The notes below the pieces were generated by a model. That model was not told the DNA's origin, searched no databases, and was given only the letters and a program-made list of their open reading frames with translations. A program made the translations under genes and the position numbers. A DNA stretch of 64,000 bases from an uncultured Nitrososphaerota archaeon (GTDB taxonomy: Archaea > Thermoproteota > Nitrososphaeria > Nitrososphaerales > CADDZS01): the NCBI GenBank assembly GCA_963799845.1, contig CAWCYI010000004.1:32001-96000 (forward strand), in the 5' to 3' direction. Position 1 is the first letter of the stretch. Each line of letters starts with the position of its first letter. Shown piece by piece: positions 62,510-64,000 of this stretch.

Positions 62510-64000
62510 ATGAGTTCCCCCCGTAGAGTACGGACAATTTACTCAGTGATTGCATCCCCCAACAGGCTGGATATTCTGAGAATTCTCAACACCAAGGGCC
62601 CGCTTCAGCTACTCCGAGCTAAAGACTCTCGCAGGCTTCAAATCAAAGAAAGAATCCGGCAAGTTCGCCTACCATCTTCGGAAGCTGGTAAAGCAGACGT
62701 TGATTTCGCTCAACAGGGCCGAACGGAAGTATGTCGTGACTAGTCTCGGAAGGCTCGTGCTGAACCTGACGAAACAGATCGAAGAACAATCGATGCTGGA
62801 ATCGGGCAAACTGTACGTCCGTAGTTCCAGGCAGGCGATGGAAGAGTTCAACGCAGACAAGATCCTGCAATCCCTCGTGAAAGAGGCCGGCATGCCGGTC
62901 GAGCTCGCCCAGAAGATCGCAAGTGAAACCGAATCGAGAGTTTACAAATTTCAGACAGCCTACCTGACAGCTCCGCTCATCCGGGAAATAGTGAACAGCA
63001 TTTTGGTCGAGCATGGATACGAGGAGTATCGGCACAAGCTTACAAGGCTCGGATTGCCTGTCGCTGATGTAACGGAATTAATATCAAAGACAGGCGACAG
63101 TCCCGATTCGATTGACTCTGTACTCCTCACGACTTCGGCCAAGGTGTTTTCAGAGTATGCGATTCTGACAAAGATATCGAGAGACGTTTCAGACGCGCAT
63201 CTTTCGGGAGACATCAACATCTCCAATCTGGGATCATGGAGCTTGATGCCGGACTCGGTCTACGTTGACCTAAATTTGTTTTATTCGAACCCGTACAACC
63301 TTGGGAGCAAGCTCAGCAACGTCCCGCGGCTTTCATCGATAAAGAATTTTGACGCGGCTTTCGAGACTCTTGAAATTCTTGCAAGTGTCGTGTCGAAGGA
63401 AGTTACGAACGAGGTTTGTCTGGACAACCTGGTCTCCTACCTGTCGAAACTCTACGTTCCGAGGACGAAGGAAGAACAGGTGAAAATGTTTTCGAGAATG
63501 TTTTCCTCCCTTTCTGCTCTGACCGCTCAGACCCGGGCGAAGAGCCTGACCTTCCGAATTGGAGAACCGCTGAAGGACGAGGATGTTTCTTCACAGCTCG
63601 AGCTCAGAGATTCGCTGCTCGATGCCTACGCGAAGTACGTTGAATTCGTTCCCGTGCCTGTGGTGCATCTGGTGGTTTCTCCTGGAAGGTACTTCGATCG
63701 GAAGGTCGTCGAGGGTATTGCAGGGGTCATCTCAAAGGGCGGAGATATTGCGCTCGAATCCGAGGGAAAATACTTGTTTTCAGGGCTGAGGATGGACAAA
63801 CTTGACTCGAAGGGGTCTTCTCAGGAGGCCGTTGCCTTCCTCCAGAATCTGACAGTAAACCTACCCCGACTCTCATATGAATCGAACAAGGACGAGACCT
63901 ACTTCAGGGCAAAACTCTCCTTGCTCCTGCAGACGGCGATTAATGCTCTTGTAAACAGGAAGGACTACGTTCGGGATGGGTTGAAGCGGGGACTGCTTCC
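62510..64000 (+). CDS. ArsR-type wHTH + ATP-cone + class III ribonucleotide reductase-like fusion; frameshift near 62606, runs off window
   Basis: Manual translation: NRLDILRIL..SYSELK..FAYHLRKL; VRSSRQAMEEFNADKI (ATP cone); AHLSGDINI; TVNLPRL. Confidence 0.85.

Noticed and set aside
57812-62743. Programmed frameshifting or true pseudogenes in lhr, rpa and the NrdD-like gene
   Set aside because: No slippery heptamers; a shared AGCT/GATC context across unrelated genes points to sequencing error
1-64000. CRISPR array or rRNA
   Set aside because: No regularly spaced repeats or rRNA-like sequence seen

Overview
Archaeal chromosomal segment, most consistent with a heterotrophic Nitrososphaerota (Thaumarchaeota) lineage. 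This is an inference from egsA, aCPSF1, two proteasome beta genes, ESCRT-III/Vps4, L37e/L40e and gene order. Bases 1-~12.9 kb are a decayed accessory/defence island: a type III restriction-modification pair, a tyrosine-recombinase remnant, a HEPN protein, RHH/AbrB/Zn-finger genes, repeated AGCGCGCGCGCT palindromes and a tRNA 3'-end fragment. The rest is mostly housekeeping and catabolic genes, plus an intron-containing tRNA-Val(CAC) and one IS481-family element with a 16-bp target duplication. Best candidate for a new system: a 75-nt tRNA-like RNA (43869-43943, minus strand) with encoded CCA and an intact elbow but an aberrant anticodon loop. It is transcribed divergently from an Lrp regulator and a TyrRS homolog that keeps its tyrosine pocket but lacks the usual anticodon-recognition elements. 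Other notable signals: a helically phased cluster of AGCT and GATC sites in a convergent intergenic region; frameshifts that fall mostly at AGCT (a probable methylation footprint in long-read data); and an HTH/ATP-cone/NrdD-like fusion lacking the usual catalytic cysteines.
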